NCBI GenBank assembly: GCA_045611685.1
Contig: JAZKXO010000106.1
Location: 13,833 to 77,832 of the forward strand
Direction of reading: 5' to 3'
Length of the DNA stretch: 64,000 bases
DNA from: Eubacteriales bacterium
Lineage (GTDB): Bacteria; Bacillota; Clostridia; Oscillospirales; CAG-272
Positions 48,149 to 58,380 of this stretch are shown here, in pieces. The notes below the pieces were generated by a model. The model was given only the letters and a program-made list of their open reading frames with translations, was not told where the DNA came from and ran no database searches. Positions within the stretch are counted from its first letter, which is position 1; the number at the start of each line of letters is the position of its first letter. The position numbers were made by a program, and so were the translations under genes.

Positions 48149-49108
48149 ATGAAGAAATTTAAAAGCGACGTTGCGATTATAGGCGGTGGACCTGCTGGTC
48201 TCACTGCGGCGATCTATGCTGTCCGCGCGGGGCTTTCTGTTACCGTATATGATGGAAACGGCTTGGGCGGCCAGATGCTTTTGGCGCACGAAATCGAGAA
48301 TTATGCTGGATTTACAAAAATCAGCGGCATCGAATTGGCTGATGCAATGGCTGCACAGGCACAGGGATTAGGTGCTTCGTTTACGTATTCTCCCGTTACG
48401 GCCGTTGCGCCGACCAAGGGCGGATTTTCCGTATCGACCGATGCGGAGACATATATTCACAGGGCTCTTATACTGGCAACCGGGACAAGCCGACGCAAGC
48501 TTTCTATCCCCGGCGAAGATGAATTCATCGGTCGCGGCGTCTCGTACTGTGCCGTTTGTGACGGGCGTTTTTTTTCGGGTAAAGATGTTGTTGTTGTCGG
48601 CGGCGGAAACACAGCCGTGGGTGATGCATTGTATCTTTCTAAAATTTGCCATTGTGTAACTTTGGTTCATCGCCGTGATTCTTTCAGGGCGGATCGCATT
48701 CTTATCGAACGTCTTAATGCTTGCGAAAACGTAAAAACAGTTATGAAGGCGAGAGTTGAGAAAATTATGGGTAGTCTCCGTGTTGAATCCGTGGAGATTA
48801 TTCGACATGGTGAGATCGCTTTGCCGTCCCCGATGGTTCTTCCTACGGACGGTGTATTCGTTGCGGTTGGCAGCGTGCCGGTGCTTCCATCATTGGAGGC
48901 ATTTGACAATCTCGCGAGGGATCCCGGTGGATATCTCGTGACAGACGATAGATGTCGCACCAGCGTCCCGGGCTTGTACGCGGCAGGGGACGTCCGTGCC
49001 AAAGCACTTCGTCAGATCGCTACCGCATCCGCGGACGGTGCGATTGCGGCCGTAGAAGTAGCGGAATATCTTTCGTCATTGACAACCGAGGATGGCGTTT
49101 CTGTATAA
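48149..49108 (+). CDS. trxB: Thioredoxin-disulfide reductase
   Basis: GGGPAG, GVSYCAVCDG, GGGNTA, AAGDV, QIATASADGA. Confidence 0.92.
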   Translation: MKKFKSDVAIIGGGPAGLTAAIYAVRAGLSVTVYDGNGLGGQMLLAHEIENYAGFTKISGIELADAMAAQAQGLGASFTYSPVTAVAPTKGGFSVSTDAETYIHRALILATGTSRRKLSIPGEDEFIGRGVSYCAVCDGRFFSGKDVVVVGGGNTAVGDALYLSKICHCVTLVHRRDSFRADRILIERLNACENVKTVMKARVEKIMGSLRVESVEIIRHGEIALPSPMVLPTDGVFVAVGSVPVLPSLEAFDNLARDPGGYLVTDDRCRTSVPGLYAAGDVRAKALRQIATASADGAIAAVEVAEYLSSLTTEDGVSV

Positions 49109-49132
49109 ACAAGTTTTGGAGTATCAAAAATA

Positions 49133-50515
49133 ATGGATAACAGACCGGCGAAAATAATTATCTCTCTTTTGTGCATCGTGCTCCTTCTGTTGGGCACGCT
49201 CTCATACTGGCTTTACGCTTTATATGAGAGTCCCGAAGAATTAGCTCTTAAGGCAAGGGTTTCTCAATTAACGGAAGATTTGGAGTGTGCAAACGAAGCG
49301 ATTCTGGGGCTGAGTTCCGATATGCGTCTTACGCAGGAGCAGAATGAAGCTGAGATTGCGTTGCTTGAACAGAAAGTAAGCATTTTGATTGAGAACGGTG
49401 TCGCGTCTGATGCGTATACAGCGATCCTTCTTGATGAAATTCAAAAGCTTAAAACGGAAGCGCAAGCCGATTCTAACCGAATCAAAGAACTCGACACGCT
49501 TCTTAGCACTTTTGAAAGGTTCGCCGCTGACAACTTCGGATACGATTCTGAAAAGATCAGCGATCTTTTACTTCTTATGACAGAGCCAAATCGTCCCATG
49601 CGTACGGTTTATACTGAACATCTTAATGAAGAAACGGGCGAGATCATCGATGTTACTTCAGACGAGAAGATAGGGAAGGTGGCATTTTACTATAAAGATC
49701 TCATAACGGGACACACGATTGGCTATAATGATAACGAGATTATGTATGCTGCCAGTTTGATCAAAGTCTCATATATATATTCAATCTTCTATTCCGTTGT
49801 AGGCTTTGAAAATAATAAACTCTATTTTGACAGCGAGGGGAATCCCTTGTACGGCGAAGACGGAACTCCGCTGTTTGAGGGCAAGCATCCAAACCTTGAT
49901 GAGGAGGGGCGTATCATATATCTTCCCGGCGAGGAGAAGTACGACCTTTCACGCGTCTGGACCTTTGAGAAAGAAGGAATGATGGTGGAGGGGTCCGGTA
50001 TTCTGAGGGATGCGGAGGATGGTTTAGAGCTTACGTATCTCGAGCTTATCGAGTATGCGCTTCTGTATAGCGATAATATAGCTTTCGCGCAGCTTCGAAA
50101 GACCTTCGGCTTTGAGGATTATTACAGAATTGCCTCAATTATGGGGATACAAGGGTACAAAAAGGGATATATGCAGTTGACAGCAGAAGATTGCGGCAAA
50201 TTTCTTTTTGAGATATACTCATTTATGGAAGACAACGAACAGTATGGAGCTGTTATGAAAGAAGCGATGCTCCACTCAAATCATCCTGTCATGATAACGC
50301 CCGCTGTCTCCCCCACTCCCGTAGCACATAAATATGGATGGGATGTTGATGCATATCACGATGTGGCTATTGTCTACGATGAACATCCGTATATCCTGGT
50401 AATTATGACCGATTACGATGGCGGCGGCAACAAAATCAATTCCTACATACACAAAATCACGCGCCTTATAAACGAGATTCATAAAACGTATTACGAAAAC
50501 AAAGAACCTGCATAA
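49133..50515 (+). CDS. Membrane-anchored serine hydrolase (class A beta-lactamase-like fold) with N-terminal coiled coil
   Basis: TM helix, coiled coil, AASLIK (SxxK), YSDN, HKYG, HDVAIV. Confidence 0.8.
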   Translation: MDNRPAKIIISLLCIVLLLLGTLSYWLYALYESPEELALKARVSQLTEDLECANEAILGLSSDMRLTQEQNEAEIALLEQKVSILIENGVASDAYTAILLDEIQKLKTEAQADSNRIKELDTLLSTFERFAADNFGYDSEKISDLLLLMTEPNRPMRTVYTEHLNEETGEIIDVTSDEKIGKVAFYYKDLITGHTIGYNDNEIMYAASLIKVSYIYSIFYSVVGFENNKLYFDSEGNPLYGEDGTPLFEGKHPNLDEEGRIIYLPGEEKYDLSRVWTFEKEGMMVEGSGILRDAEDGLELTYLELIEYALLYSDNIAFAQLRKTFGFEDYYRIASIMGIQGYKKGYMQLTAEDCGKFLFEIYSFMEDNEQYGAVMKEAMLHSNHPVMITPAVSPTPVAHKYGWDVDAYHDVAIVYDEHPYILVIMTDYDGGGNKINSYIHKITRLINEIHKTYYENKEPA

Positions 50516-50520
50516 TAGTG

Positions 50521-50556
50521 ATCGCCAAATGGCAGATGTCGTTTGGCGATTTTTTC
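50521..50556 (+). terminator. Intrinsic terminator
   Basis: ATCGCCAAATGGCA...TGTCGTTTGGCGAT-TTTTT. Confidence 0.7.
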
Positions 50557-50723
50557 TTCTTTTGGTAGTATTGTGCATATTGTTTAATATTATTTGAATA
50601 ATTGTTTCAATATTGTTTCATGTGCACAAAAGTTATTGCCCCGTTAAACTCGTTGTGGTATCATATCGTTGCGAGAGAGAAATGCATCTCTCGGATATGA
50701 AAACCACAGGAGGAACTCATTTT

Positions 50724-53246
50724 ATGAGAAAAGCAAGAAACGTAAGTTTCAAACGCATTCTTTCCGCGGCTTTAGCATCTATGATCATTTCTACTGGTAT
50801 TCCGGCAGTCTTTGCCCGTGAATACGTCGACGTTACCGTGGAAAATCCAGCTCGGGATGAAATTGACATTCTTTCCGACATCGGCGTAATCGTCGGTACG
50901 TCGGAAAACGAATTTTCTCCCAACGAAAACGTTACCCGCGAACAGATGGCACTTCTTCTGTTCCGCCTCATGCTGAATAAGCAAAATGGTGGCAGGGTAA
51001 ACACCTCGCCCTTTACGGATCTGTATGATGACACCTACCATGGTGCGATCTCTTGGGCGAATGCTTCCGGATACATACTCGGTACCTCCGGATCCACCTT
51101 TGAGCCTCTTTCCGGCATTACCATGCAGGATGCCATGACGATTCTTGTTCGTGCGCTCGGTCAGTCCAGTGCCTCTATGAACAGTGGTTATCCTTGGACC
51201 TACATTGATGCCGGCATCAAACTCGGCCTTGATCGTGGACTTGAGCATATTTCTTACACCGAAACGCTCACTCGTGCAGAGACTGCTATCATCCTTTATA
51301 ATGCACTTACTGCTGAGTACCTTGTTCCCAAGAATCTTGCAGGGGGAAACGTGCTTTATGAGGCAACGACCATTATTGAACGAGTATTCGGCTACGAAAT
51401 GGATGAAGCGACAGTTATTGCTACTAACGATTATGCAATCGTCGGCACGACCGTTGTGAAGGACGGCTACGTAACTCTTCGCTACTATGATGACAGCAAC
51501 GCACCGCGCACTATGACAGTCAATTTCAAGGAGCTTGGTCTTAATGGCGAAGCGGATGATTATCTTGGCCATACCTTTAAGGTGATCTATTCCGTGAATA
51601 GCGCTACGAAGCTGATTAATGTTTTGAGCGCGATCGAAGTGAGCGAAAAGGAAACCTTCCTTGAGGCAGTTGTGAATACGGACAAAGGCTATGCTACGAT
51701 CGGCGGCACGAACTACACCGTTGTTGAGGAATACTCCGACATTCTCGCTACCAATGCAAATGAGCTGATCGTATACGCATACGAGAATGACAAGACTCTC
51801 ACTCAGATTACCACTCTTAACGCTCTCAACGAACGACTCGGACTTTACACAATCGATCTTTTCTTCTATGGCGATTCCGATACCGCTTCCGTTGCAATCC
51901 TTAGAAATTTCCAGCTTGGAAAGCTTGAGGTGAATACTGCGGGTAAGATTAACATTGCAGGCAACCTTACGGCAGCACAGCTTGTCGGTGGTTATTACAA
52001 CAAAGCCAACGCTAAAAACGGCGATCATGTTTTGTATTACTTTAATTCCCAGACGAAAGAACTCCACATCGTAGAGGTTCTTGATATCGCCTTCGGTACT
52101 GTCACCCGCATTACCTCCGAGGTTGCAAAGATCGGCGGTGAAACCTATAAGCTCGGTAATGAAAAAGCAGGAATTACCGCATCTTCCATCGCATCTGCGC
52201 TTGTGATTGGTGCCAATGCACAGGTAGTCGTACGCGGCGGTGAGATTCTCGCTGTTATTGGTGAGACGATTCTCACGGATCATTCTGAATACCTGATCGC
52301 AATGACGAACTCTCTCCCTGTATTTACAAATGGCGCATTCCGCTACGTTGTAACCGTAAACATTAATGGTGTAAACAAAAATATCTACACGGCGAATGCC
52401 GATATTACCGCAGGCAATGTATATCGCTACACAGTAAACGGCGATATCTACACCCTGATCGCGCCCGAAATCTCGGGCGGTGAGATTGCAACCGGTATCA
52501 ATAAGTTTGTACAGAGCGGCTTTGGTACGGATGAAATCGCAGTGATTGTTGATTCTGCCAACAACACCACCATCGGAAAGGGCGAGAACACCTTCCACAC
52601 TTTCTCGGCAGGCGATGCTTCTTTCGCAGCGTCTCAGAACGGTGCTGCTTCCATGAAGTTCGTTACCGATAATAATACGGTAATTATCGTTGTAAATGAT
52701 GGTGTTCTTCAGGTCAAGACGGGTGCATACCAGTCTCAGATCAACGTAAATGACGGCGCGAAGGTTGTTGCTGTGTTCGGAAACGAGGCCGGCTCTGTCG
52801 AGACGCTCCGTTACCTGTATGTCAGCGACGGTAGCCTTGGCAACTATGACTCTGCCGCCCAATCCGTTCGTCTTCTGGCTCTGAACGGCATCGTATACGA
52901 AAACAACGTTACGTACCTTGAGTACACCGTTTTCAACTACATGACCGGTGCTGTTGAAACCCGTCTGACTACTGTCGTAGGTCTGACTCTTGACGGAATC
53001 TACCTGATTGGCTCTGACGGAACGATCGTGGACGCAGAGGGCAATGTTGCTACCGGCGAGGTAAGCGGTTACACCGCATCTACCGTAACGATCGGCGATG
53101 AAACCTATAAGATTAATGCTCAGACCAAAATCATTACTATTAACGCTGAAAACAAGGTTGTAAACAAGAAGATTGAAAACGCGTTCGGAAAAACCGTTGA
53201 GTTTGTTCTGAACGGTGACACTGTAAGCCTCATCGTTATTCAGTAA
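50724..53246 (+). CDS. SLH-domain S-layer/cell-surface protein
   Basis: Signal peptide ending VFA; SLH repeats (GVIVGT..FSPNENVTREQMA; GYILGT..FEPLSGITMQDA; LTRAE); beta-rich remainder; AGGAGG RBS. Confidence 0.88.
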   Translation: MRKARNVSFKRILSAALASMIISTGIPAVFAREYVDVTVENPARDEIDILSDIGVIVGTSENEFSPNENVTREQMALLLFRLMLNKQNGGRVNTSPFTDLYDDTYHGAISWANASGYILGTSGSTFEPLSGITMQDAMTILVRALGQSSASMNSGYPWTYIDAGIKLGLDRGLEHISYTETLTRAETAIILYNALTAEYLVPKNLAGGNVLYEATTIIERVFGYEMDEATVIATNDYAIVGTTVVKDGYVTLRYYDDSNAPRTMTVNFKELGLNGEADDYLGHTFKVIYSVNSATKLINVLSAIEVSEKETFLEAVVNTDKGYATIGGTNYTVVEEYSDILATNANELIVYAYENDKTLTQITTLNALNERLGLYTIDLFFYGDSDTASVAILRNFQLGKLEVNTAGKINIAGNLTAAQLVGGYYNKANAKNGDHVLYYFNSQTKELHIVEVLDIAFGTVTRITSEVAKIGGETYKLGNEKAGITASSIASALVIGANAQVVVRGGEILAVIGETILTDHSEYLIAMTNSLPVFTNGAFRYVVTVNINGVNKNIYTANADITAGNVYRYTVNGDIYTLIAPEISGGEIATGINKFVQSGFGTDEIAVIVDSANNTTIGKGENTFHTFSAGDASFAASQNGAASMKFVTDNNTVIIVVNDGVLQVKTGAYQSQINVNDGAKVVAVFGNEAGSVETLRYLYVSDGSLGNYDSAAQSVRLLALNGIVYENNVTYLEYTVFNYMTGAVETRLTTVVGLTLDGIYLIGSDGTIVDAEGNVATGEVSGYTASTVTIGDETYKINAQTKIITINAENKVVNKKIENAFGKTVEFVLNGDTVSLIVIQ

Positions 53247-53253
53247 TTTTCAA

Positions 53254-53288
53254 AAGAAAACTCCCGTGCATTGCACGGGAGTTTTCTT
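53254..53288. terminator. Bidirectional terminator
   Basis: AAGAAAACTCCCGTGCA-t-TGCACGGGAGTTTTCTT, a perfect 17-bp inverted repeat. Confidence 0.85.
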
Positions 53289-53316
53289 AATTATGTGGTT
53301 TTGATGATTTACTGCC

Positions 53317-53715
53317 TTACAGCGTTGTATGGAGAACAGCGAAAAACACGGAGAGGACGAGAAAAGCAACACCTGGATAGAGAAGGTTCCAAACCTCAAA
53401 GGTACGGTCGCTTTTTGACTTTTGATATTCGTAGAAATCCTTCGGAAGGTTCTCGTCGACCATTCCGCGTCGAAAAAGACGGAAAAAGTTTCTGGTACTG
53501 TAGGCAAGCATATCAAAGGTGCCCCAAAGGGAGATAGCATGCAGTGCTGATATACCAAGGTAGACAGCAGCAGGAGCAAGTAACGCATCGCTTATGCATT
53601 TTACAATGTAAGCCTTGTCCGTAGATTCGAACACATCGTTATAAAATAGAATAATGAGACTTATGGCAATGCCGCCACATATCGTGGCGGCATACTTTAA
53701 AAACTTATCGTTCAT
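53317..53715 (-). CDS. Small membrane protein at the end of the opp operon (DUF3899-like)
   Basis: Three hydrophobic segments; GTFDMLAYS, DFYEY; ATG 4 nt after the oppF stop. Confidence 0.7.
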   Translation of the reverse strand: MNDKFLKYAATICGGIAISLIILFYNDVFESTDKAYIVKCISDALLAPAAVYLGISALHAISLWGTFDMLAYSTRNFFRLFRRGMVDENLPKDFYEYQKSKSDRTFEVWNLLYPGVAFLVLSVFFAVLHTTL

Positions 53716-53719
53716 GGTT

Positions 53720-54778
53720 TCAGAGGGATCCGTTGGATTCTTTAAGATAGCGCTCTGCTTCCTCTGTGTTGCAGAGGACAAAGTGGTCCGGATATAACTC
53801 TCTGAGTGTCGGTTGCTCCTTCGAATAGTCGTGCGCAAGGGAAGGAATGTAGACCGATCTCTTGCGCTGTTTCTCATAGTTCGGATCCGGCAGGGGAATC
53901 GCAGAAAGAAGCGCCTTGGTGTACGGATGTGTCGGATGCGCAAAAAGTTCTTCCGAGGAAGCAAGTTCTACGATCTTGCCGTAGTACATAACAGCGATAC
54001 GGTCGGAGAAATACTTAACGACGGACAAATCGTGCGCAATAAAGAGAATGGTAAGCCCCATCTCACGGCGGAGCTCATTCATAAGGTTAATGACCTGCGC
54101 CTGAATGGAAACATCAAGAGCGCTGATCGGCTCGTCGGCAATGATAAGTTCCGGATGGAGAACGATAGCGCGTGCGATACCGATTCTTTGACGCTGACCG
54201 CCCGAGAACTCGTGCGGATAGCGTTCTGCGTGCTCGCTGACGAGACCAACCATTTCAAGAACTTCGGCTACAGCCTTGTCAATGACTTCTTTTCGTTTTT
54301 CACCTTTGATAATTAGTCCCTCTGCGATGATCTCGCGCACAGTCATACGAGGGTTGAGAGAGGCAATTGGATCCTGGAAAATCATCTGGATCTTCGTCAT
54401 GAGGTTATCTTTGCCGTTTACGTTTGCTTTGACCTCGGCTACGGATTCCTTCATGTATTTTTCCAGTTCAGCGGCTTCGACGGTTTTTCCTTCTTTACGA
54501 AGGGCAGAGATCTTTGCTTTCATGTCTGCCGCGCCGATACCAATCTTTTTGCCCTCAAATTCGATCTCACCGCCGGTGATGTCGTAAAGACGGATAATCG
54601 AACGGCCCGTGGTTGTTTTACCGCATCCGGATTCACCAACGAGGCCGAAGACCTCACCGCGCCGGATATCAAACGAAATGTCATCGACAGCCTTTACGGT
54701 GCCGCGACCCATTTTGAAATGCTGTTTGAGGTGCTTAACGCTCAAAAGCACATCATTTGCGTTGTTCATTTCGCTCAT
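53720..54778 (-). CDS. oppF: Oligopeptide ABC transporter ATPase OppF
   Basis: [46 protein letters not shown]. Confidence 0.93.
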   Translation of the reverse strand: MSEMNNANDVLLSVKHLKQHFKMGRGTVKAVDDISFDIRRGEVFGLVGESGCGKTTTGRSIIRLYDITGGEIEFEGKKIGIGAADMKAKISALRKEGKTVEAAELEKYMKESVAEVKANVNGKDNLMTKIQMIFQDPIASLNPRMTVREIIAEGLIIKGEKRKEVIDKAVAEVLEMVGLVSEHAERYPHEFSGGQRQRIGIARAIVLHPELIIADEPISALDVSIQAQVINLMNELRREMGLTILFIAHDLSVVKYFSDRIAVMYYGKIVELASSEELFAHPTHPYTKALLSAIPLPDPNYEKQRKRSVYIPSLAHDYSKEQPTLRELYPDHFVLCNTEEAERYLKESNGSL

Positions 54779-56838
54779 GATTCAGCACCTCCGTATTTCT
54801 TCATGCGTTTAATTCGATCGGTAACGATTTTCGGGGGATCCACGTGCGGCGCATCCGGATGGAGAAGCCACGTGGCCGCGTAGTGAGTGGGGGAGACCTC
54901 GAACATGGGCGGCTGCTGTTCAAAGTCGATCTGAAGCGCGTATTTATTTCTGGCCGCGAACGCATCTCCCTTGGGCGGGAGAATCATGTTCGGCGGTGTG
55001 CCGGGAATGGCTTCGAGTTTTTCTTTTGTATCCAGATCGGGCATGGAGGCAAGAAGCGCCCACGTGTACGGATGACGGGGATCGTAGAAAACGTCGTTGA
55101 CAGTGCCGTATTCAACGATCTTGCCGGCGTACATAACAGCAATCTTATCCGCCATGTTTGCAACAACACCCAAGTCGTGCGTGATAAAGATGACAGTCAG
55201 CTGACGTTCCTTCTTCAGACCGTTGATAAGATCAAGAATCTGTGCCTGAATGGTAACGTCCAACGCGGTTGTCGGCTCATCGCAGATAAGGATATCGGGA
55301 TTTGCGGCAAGAGCGATGGCGATTACGATACGCTGACGCATACCGCCGGAGAACTGGAAGGGATACTGATAATATCTCTTGTGCGGCTCGGGAATACCAA
55401 CTTCCTGCATCAACTTGATGGAGCGCGCCTTTGCCATCTGCTTTGTGATACGATATACCTTAGCAGAGGCGCGGTTTTCAAGATAATTTAAGAGGGAAGC
55501 GGCGGCCGCTGCTGCATTAAATTCCGTCGGTGCATTTTCGTACGTCTCGATCATACGAGTAATCATATCAAGAATGTTTCGGCGGGGAAGTTCGACATCC
55601 GTTTCCGGATTCGCACGCGCAGATATAATTGCTTTTTCGTAAATCTCCACAGCATTCTCAAGAGAGGAAGCGAAGGTGTAGGAAACGCCTTCTTTTACGA
55701 TGGCAAGTTTATCAATGCCGGCGCTAACGGCAACACCTAATTCTTTTGCGAGAACCTTCAGTTTCGCAAGATCGATTTCACCGTTTGAAAGCATAGCGTG
55801 TGCAGAGCGAAGCGCATGAAGTGCGGTTACTCTGGCGGTGGCTGCTTCAGCGGAGGAGAAGGAGACGCCCTTTTCCATATCAGCAAGAAAATCGTTTGTG
55901 AATGCGGATGTCATTTGCTCATTGAGGAGACGATTTTTCTCGGAAACATGGACGGGCAGATTAGCTTCGATACCGCCGTTCATGAGATAGTAGCCGAGGG
56001 CGAAGAAGTCTGTTTTTTCTGCATCCAGAATTTCAGTGAGATACGTTTGCAGATTTTTGAGAGCGGATTCCATGGCCGTTTTGTCGCCATTCAGGTATCC
56101 GTCCTTAGCAGTTTTCGTGTCGGAAAGAACAGCGTCAAAGCGATCTGCATCTACCGTGAGATATTGGTTTTTTGCCTTCTGAACAGCGTTCAGCGTGTAG
56201 TTGATCTTTTTTACAACGTCCTTCGGCTGACCGGCGATAAGCTCGATGAGAAGCCCCTCGATATCAGAAAGCGCACCGGTTGCGTAGGAACGCGCTTCAT
56301 TGTAGAGACTTTCTTTTTTTGTGCCGATATCCGAGTACTTCTTAAAATCGTTGACTTTTTTTGCAAAGGCAGTCGCTGCAGACGTGTTGTTTTCTGCGGT
56401 ATATGCCTTCGAAGTGTAGTCGAGGAGAAGCTTCAGCTTGGTGTCAAAATCACGGTGCGCTTCTTTTTGGTTGGCACTGCCGTTCAAAAGCATAGCCTCA
56501 TCCAACTGTTTACCGATTTTTACGATCGGGTTAAGGCTGGAAAGCGGGTCCTGGAATATCATCGAAATGCGGTTGCCGCGGAGCTTATGGAAATCTTCCT
56601 CTTCGATCTTCATAAGATCCATGCCGTCGTAGAAGATCTCACCGCCTTCGACGATCGAGTTGCCCGCAAGGATTCCCATAATCGCGCGGGCGGTAACACT
56701 TTTGCCGGAACCGGACTCGCCGACGATTGCGATGGTCTCGCCTTTGTTTACATCAAACGTAATGTCACGGACTGCCTTAACAGTACCGTTGTTTGTTTTG
56801 AAGGAGATGCGAAGGTTACGTACACTCAATACTGACAT
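54775..56838 (-). CDS. oppD: Oligopeptide ABC transporter ATPase OppD with a ~340-aa insertion
   Basis: [14 protein letters not shown], then a long insert, then [23 protein letters not shown]. Confidence 0.92.
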   Translation of the reverse strand: MSVLSVRNLRISFKTNNGTVKAVRDITFDVNKGETIAIVGESGSGKSVTARAIMGILAGNSIVEGGEIFYDGMDLMKIEEEDFHKLRGNRISMIFQDPLSSLNPIVKIGKQLDEAMLLNGSANQKEAHRDFDTKLKLLLDYTSKAYTAENNTSAATAFAKKVNDFKKYSDIGTKKESLYNEARSYATGALSDIEGLLIELIAGQPKDVVKKINYTLNAVQKAKNQYLTVDADRFDAVLSDTKTAKDGYLNGDKTAMESALKNLQTYLTEILDAEKTDFFALGYYLMNGGIEANLPVHVSEKNRLLNEQMTSAFTNDFLADMEKGVSFSSAEAATARVTALHALRSAHAMLSNGEIDLAKLKVLAKELGVAVSAGIDKLAIVKEGVSYTFASSLENAVEIYEKAIISARANPETDVELPRRNILDMITRMIETYENAPTEFNAAAAAASLLNYLENRASAKVYRITKQMAKARSIKLMQEVGIPEPHKRYYQYPFQFSGGMRQRIVIAIALAANPDILICDEPTTALDVTIQAQILDLINGLKKERQLTVIFITHDLGVVANMADKIAVMYAGKIVEYGTVNDVFYDPRHPYTWALLASMPDLDTKEKLEAIPGTPPNMILPPKGDAFAARNKYALQIDFEQQPPMFEVSPTHYAATWLLHPDAPHVDPPKIVTDRIKRMKKYGGAES

Positions 56839-58379
56839 TATTCGTCAACTCCTCTCAAAGACGGATTGAATGCATCGCGCAAGCCGTTACCAAACAGATT
56901 AAAGGAAATCATAAGGAGAGAAATAACAAGCGCGGGGAAAAGAATGATATGCGGGTCGGTCGCAAGGTAGCCTTGACCGTTGCCGAGGAGCGTACCGAGC
57001 GAAGTCATATTCTGGCTGTTAAAGTTAAAGATGCCAAGGTAGGAAAGGGTAGACTCCGTCATGATTGTGCTGGGAATAATAAGCACGCTCGACGTGATGA
57101 TTGTGCCGAGGGAGTTCGGGAGAATGTGTTTGAACATAAGGCGGCGGTCTTTCGCACCAAGCGTTTTAGCGGCGAGCACGTACTCCTGGTTCTTGAAACG
57201 GTAGAACTGGGTACGCACACGGTAAGCGATACCGATCCAGCCTGTGAGGACGAACGCGAAAAGGACGCCGACGAAGGTTGATACCTTGCCCGTCTTTACG
57301 AGATGGAGATTAAACAGTGTCGCCACTACGATAAAGGGCGTTCCGTTAAGGATCTCGGTAATGCGTTCGAGAACGATATCGAGCCATCCCCCGTAGAAGC
57401 CTTCGATTGCACCGTAAATCGTACCGATAATCAGGTTGAGAACAGACACGGAAATAGAGAGCAGAAGGGAAAGGCGAACGCCGTATGCGAGACGGGTAAA
57501 GATGTCATAGCCCTGTGCATCCGTTCCAAAGAAGAAAGTAGGCTGATGACCAGTTTTCATAACGTAGTAGTTATAATAGAGAACGCGGACCTGCATCATG
57601 TTTTTATCTTTTTTGAGATAATCCATGACTTCACCGTTTTCGTTACGAATATAGTTATCCACATATTCGCCTTTTTGTATCTGGGCGAGCTTCATAACGT
57701 TGCCGTTCTCGTCGAGCGGCATATATGTGTCGGATTTGTACCAACAGTTTGCATCCGCAGGGTCAGCGCAGTAGGCGTTGTTGATATCAACCATGGGGTA
57801 GATGATTTGAAGGCCAAGCTCGCGCTCTTTTTCTTTGATTGCATTGTACTGATCCAGCGTAATCGTCAGATACTTGAAGCCGATCTCATGGCAGGAGTCA
57901 ATACGGGCGTAGCGGTACGTGCGGCCACCCTCTGTGAACTCTTCGTCAACGGAGTAAATAGGGGAAAATTCATTAGTAAAACCGGTTTCCCAGTCGCGGT
58001 TGCCCGTGCCGGCTATATTGTCAGCGGCACCTACACCGATCGCGTTGTAATAAATAAGGAATTTGTCATTAATTTTCTTTTCGAGTGTGCCGTTATAGAA
58101 GGGTGTGTCACTCAAGGAATCAATACGGGGACGGATTTTTACGTACACACCGTCATTGGTTGAAATCTCATACGGGGAGAAAATCGGAGCGATAATGGCA
58201 AACAGAGTGATGGCAATAATAATAATTGCCGCAGTAATAGACGCTTTGTTCTTTTTGAAGCGAAGCCAAGCATCCATGAAGTAGCCGATTGGCTTTGTTT
58301 CGAATTTTTTGTCGTGAAGTTTTTCATCCAGTTGGGCAAACGCCAGCTTTTCTTTTGGAATATTGAACTGCTTGTCCAT
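56838..58379 (-). CDS. oppC: Oligopeptide ABC permease OppC with an enlarged extracytoplasmic loop
   Basis: DAWLRFKKNK, FGTDAQGYDIFTRL, EYVLAAKTLGA, KHILPN, LFGNGLRDAFNP. Confidence 0.92.
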   Translation of the reverse strand: MDKQFNIPKEKLAFAQLDEKLHDKKFETKPIGYFMDAWLRFKKNKASITAAIIIIAITLFAIIAPIFSPYEISTNDGVYVKIRPRIDSLSDTPFYNGTLEKKINDKFLIYYNAIGVGAADNIAGTGNRDWETGFTNEFSPIYSVDEEFTEGGRTYRYARIDSCHEIGFKYLTITLDQYNAIKEKERELGLQIIYPMVDINNAYCADPADANCWYKSDTYMPLDENGNVMKLAQIQKGEYVDNYIRNENGEVMDYLKKDKNMMQVRVLYYNYYVMKTGHQPTFFFGTDAQGYDIFTRLAYGVRLSLLLSISVSVLNLIIGTIYGAIEGFYGGWLDIVLERITEILNGTPFIVVATLFNLHLVKTGKVSTFVGVLFAFVLTGWIGIAYRVRTQFYRFKNQEYVLAAKTLGAKDRRLMFKHILPNSLGTIITSSVLIIPSTIMTESTLSYLGIFNFNSQNMTSLGTLLGNGQGYLATDPHIILFPALVISLLMISFNLFGNGLRDAFNPSLRGVDE

Positions 58380-58380
58380 A

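Noticed and set aside
12026-50515. BlaI-like repressor and beta-lactamase-fold gene as a split beta-lactam resistance system
   Set aside because: They are 37 kb apart, there is no BlaR1, I saw no shared operator, and the hydrolase has an HKYG motif with a stalk architecture unlike class A resistance enzymes.
50772-52862. Long antisense ORFs opposite the SLH gene (similar ones lie opposite smc, the phosphoesterase, rel, leuS and gltX)
   Set aside because: Shadow frames of well-supported sense genes; the translations have no family features.
55450-56478. OppD insertion as an intein or mobile intron
   Set aside because: No N-terminal Cys/Ser with C-terminal His-Asn splice motifs, no LAGLIDADG or HNH motif; composition is helical.
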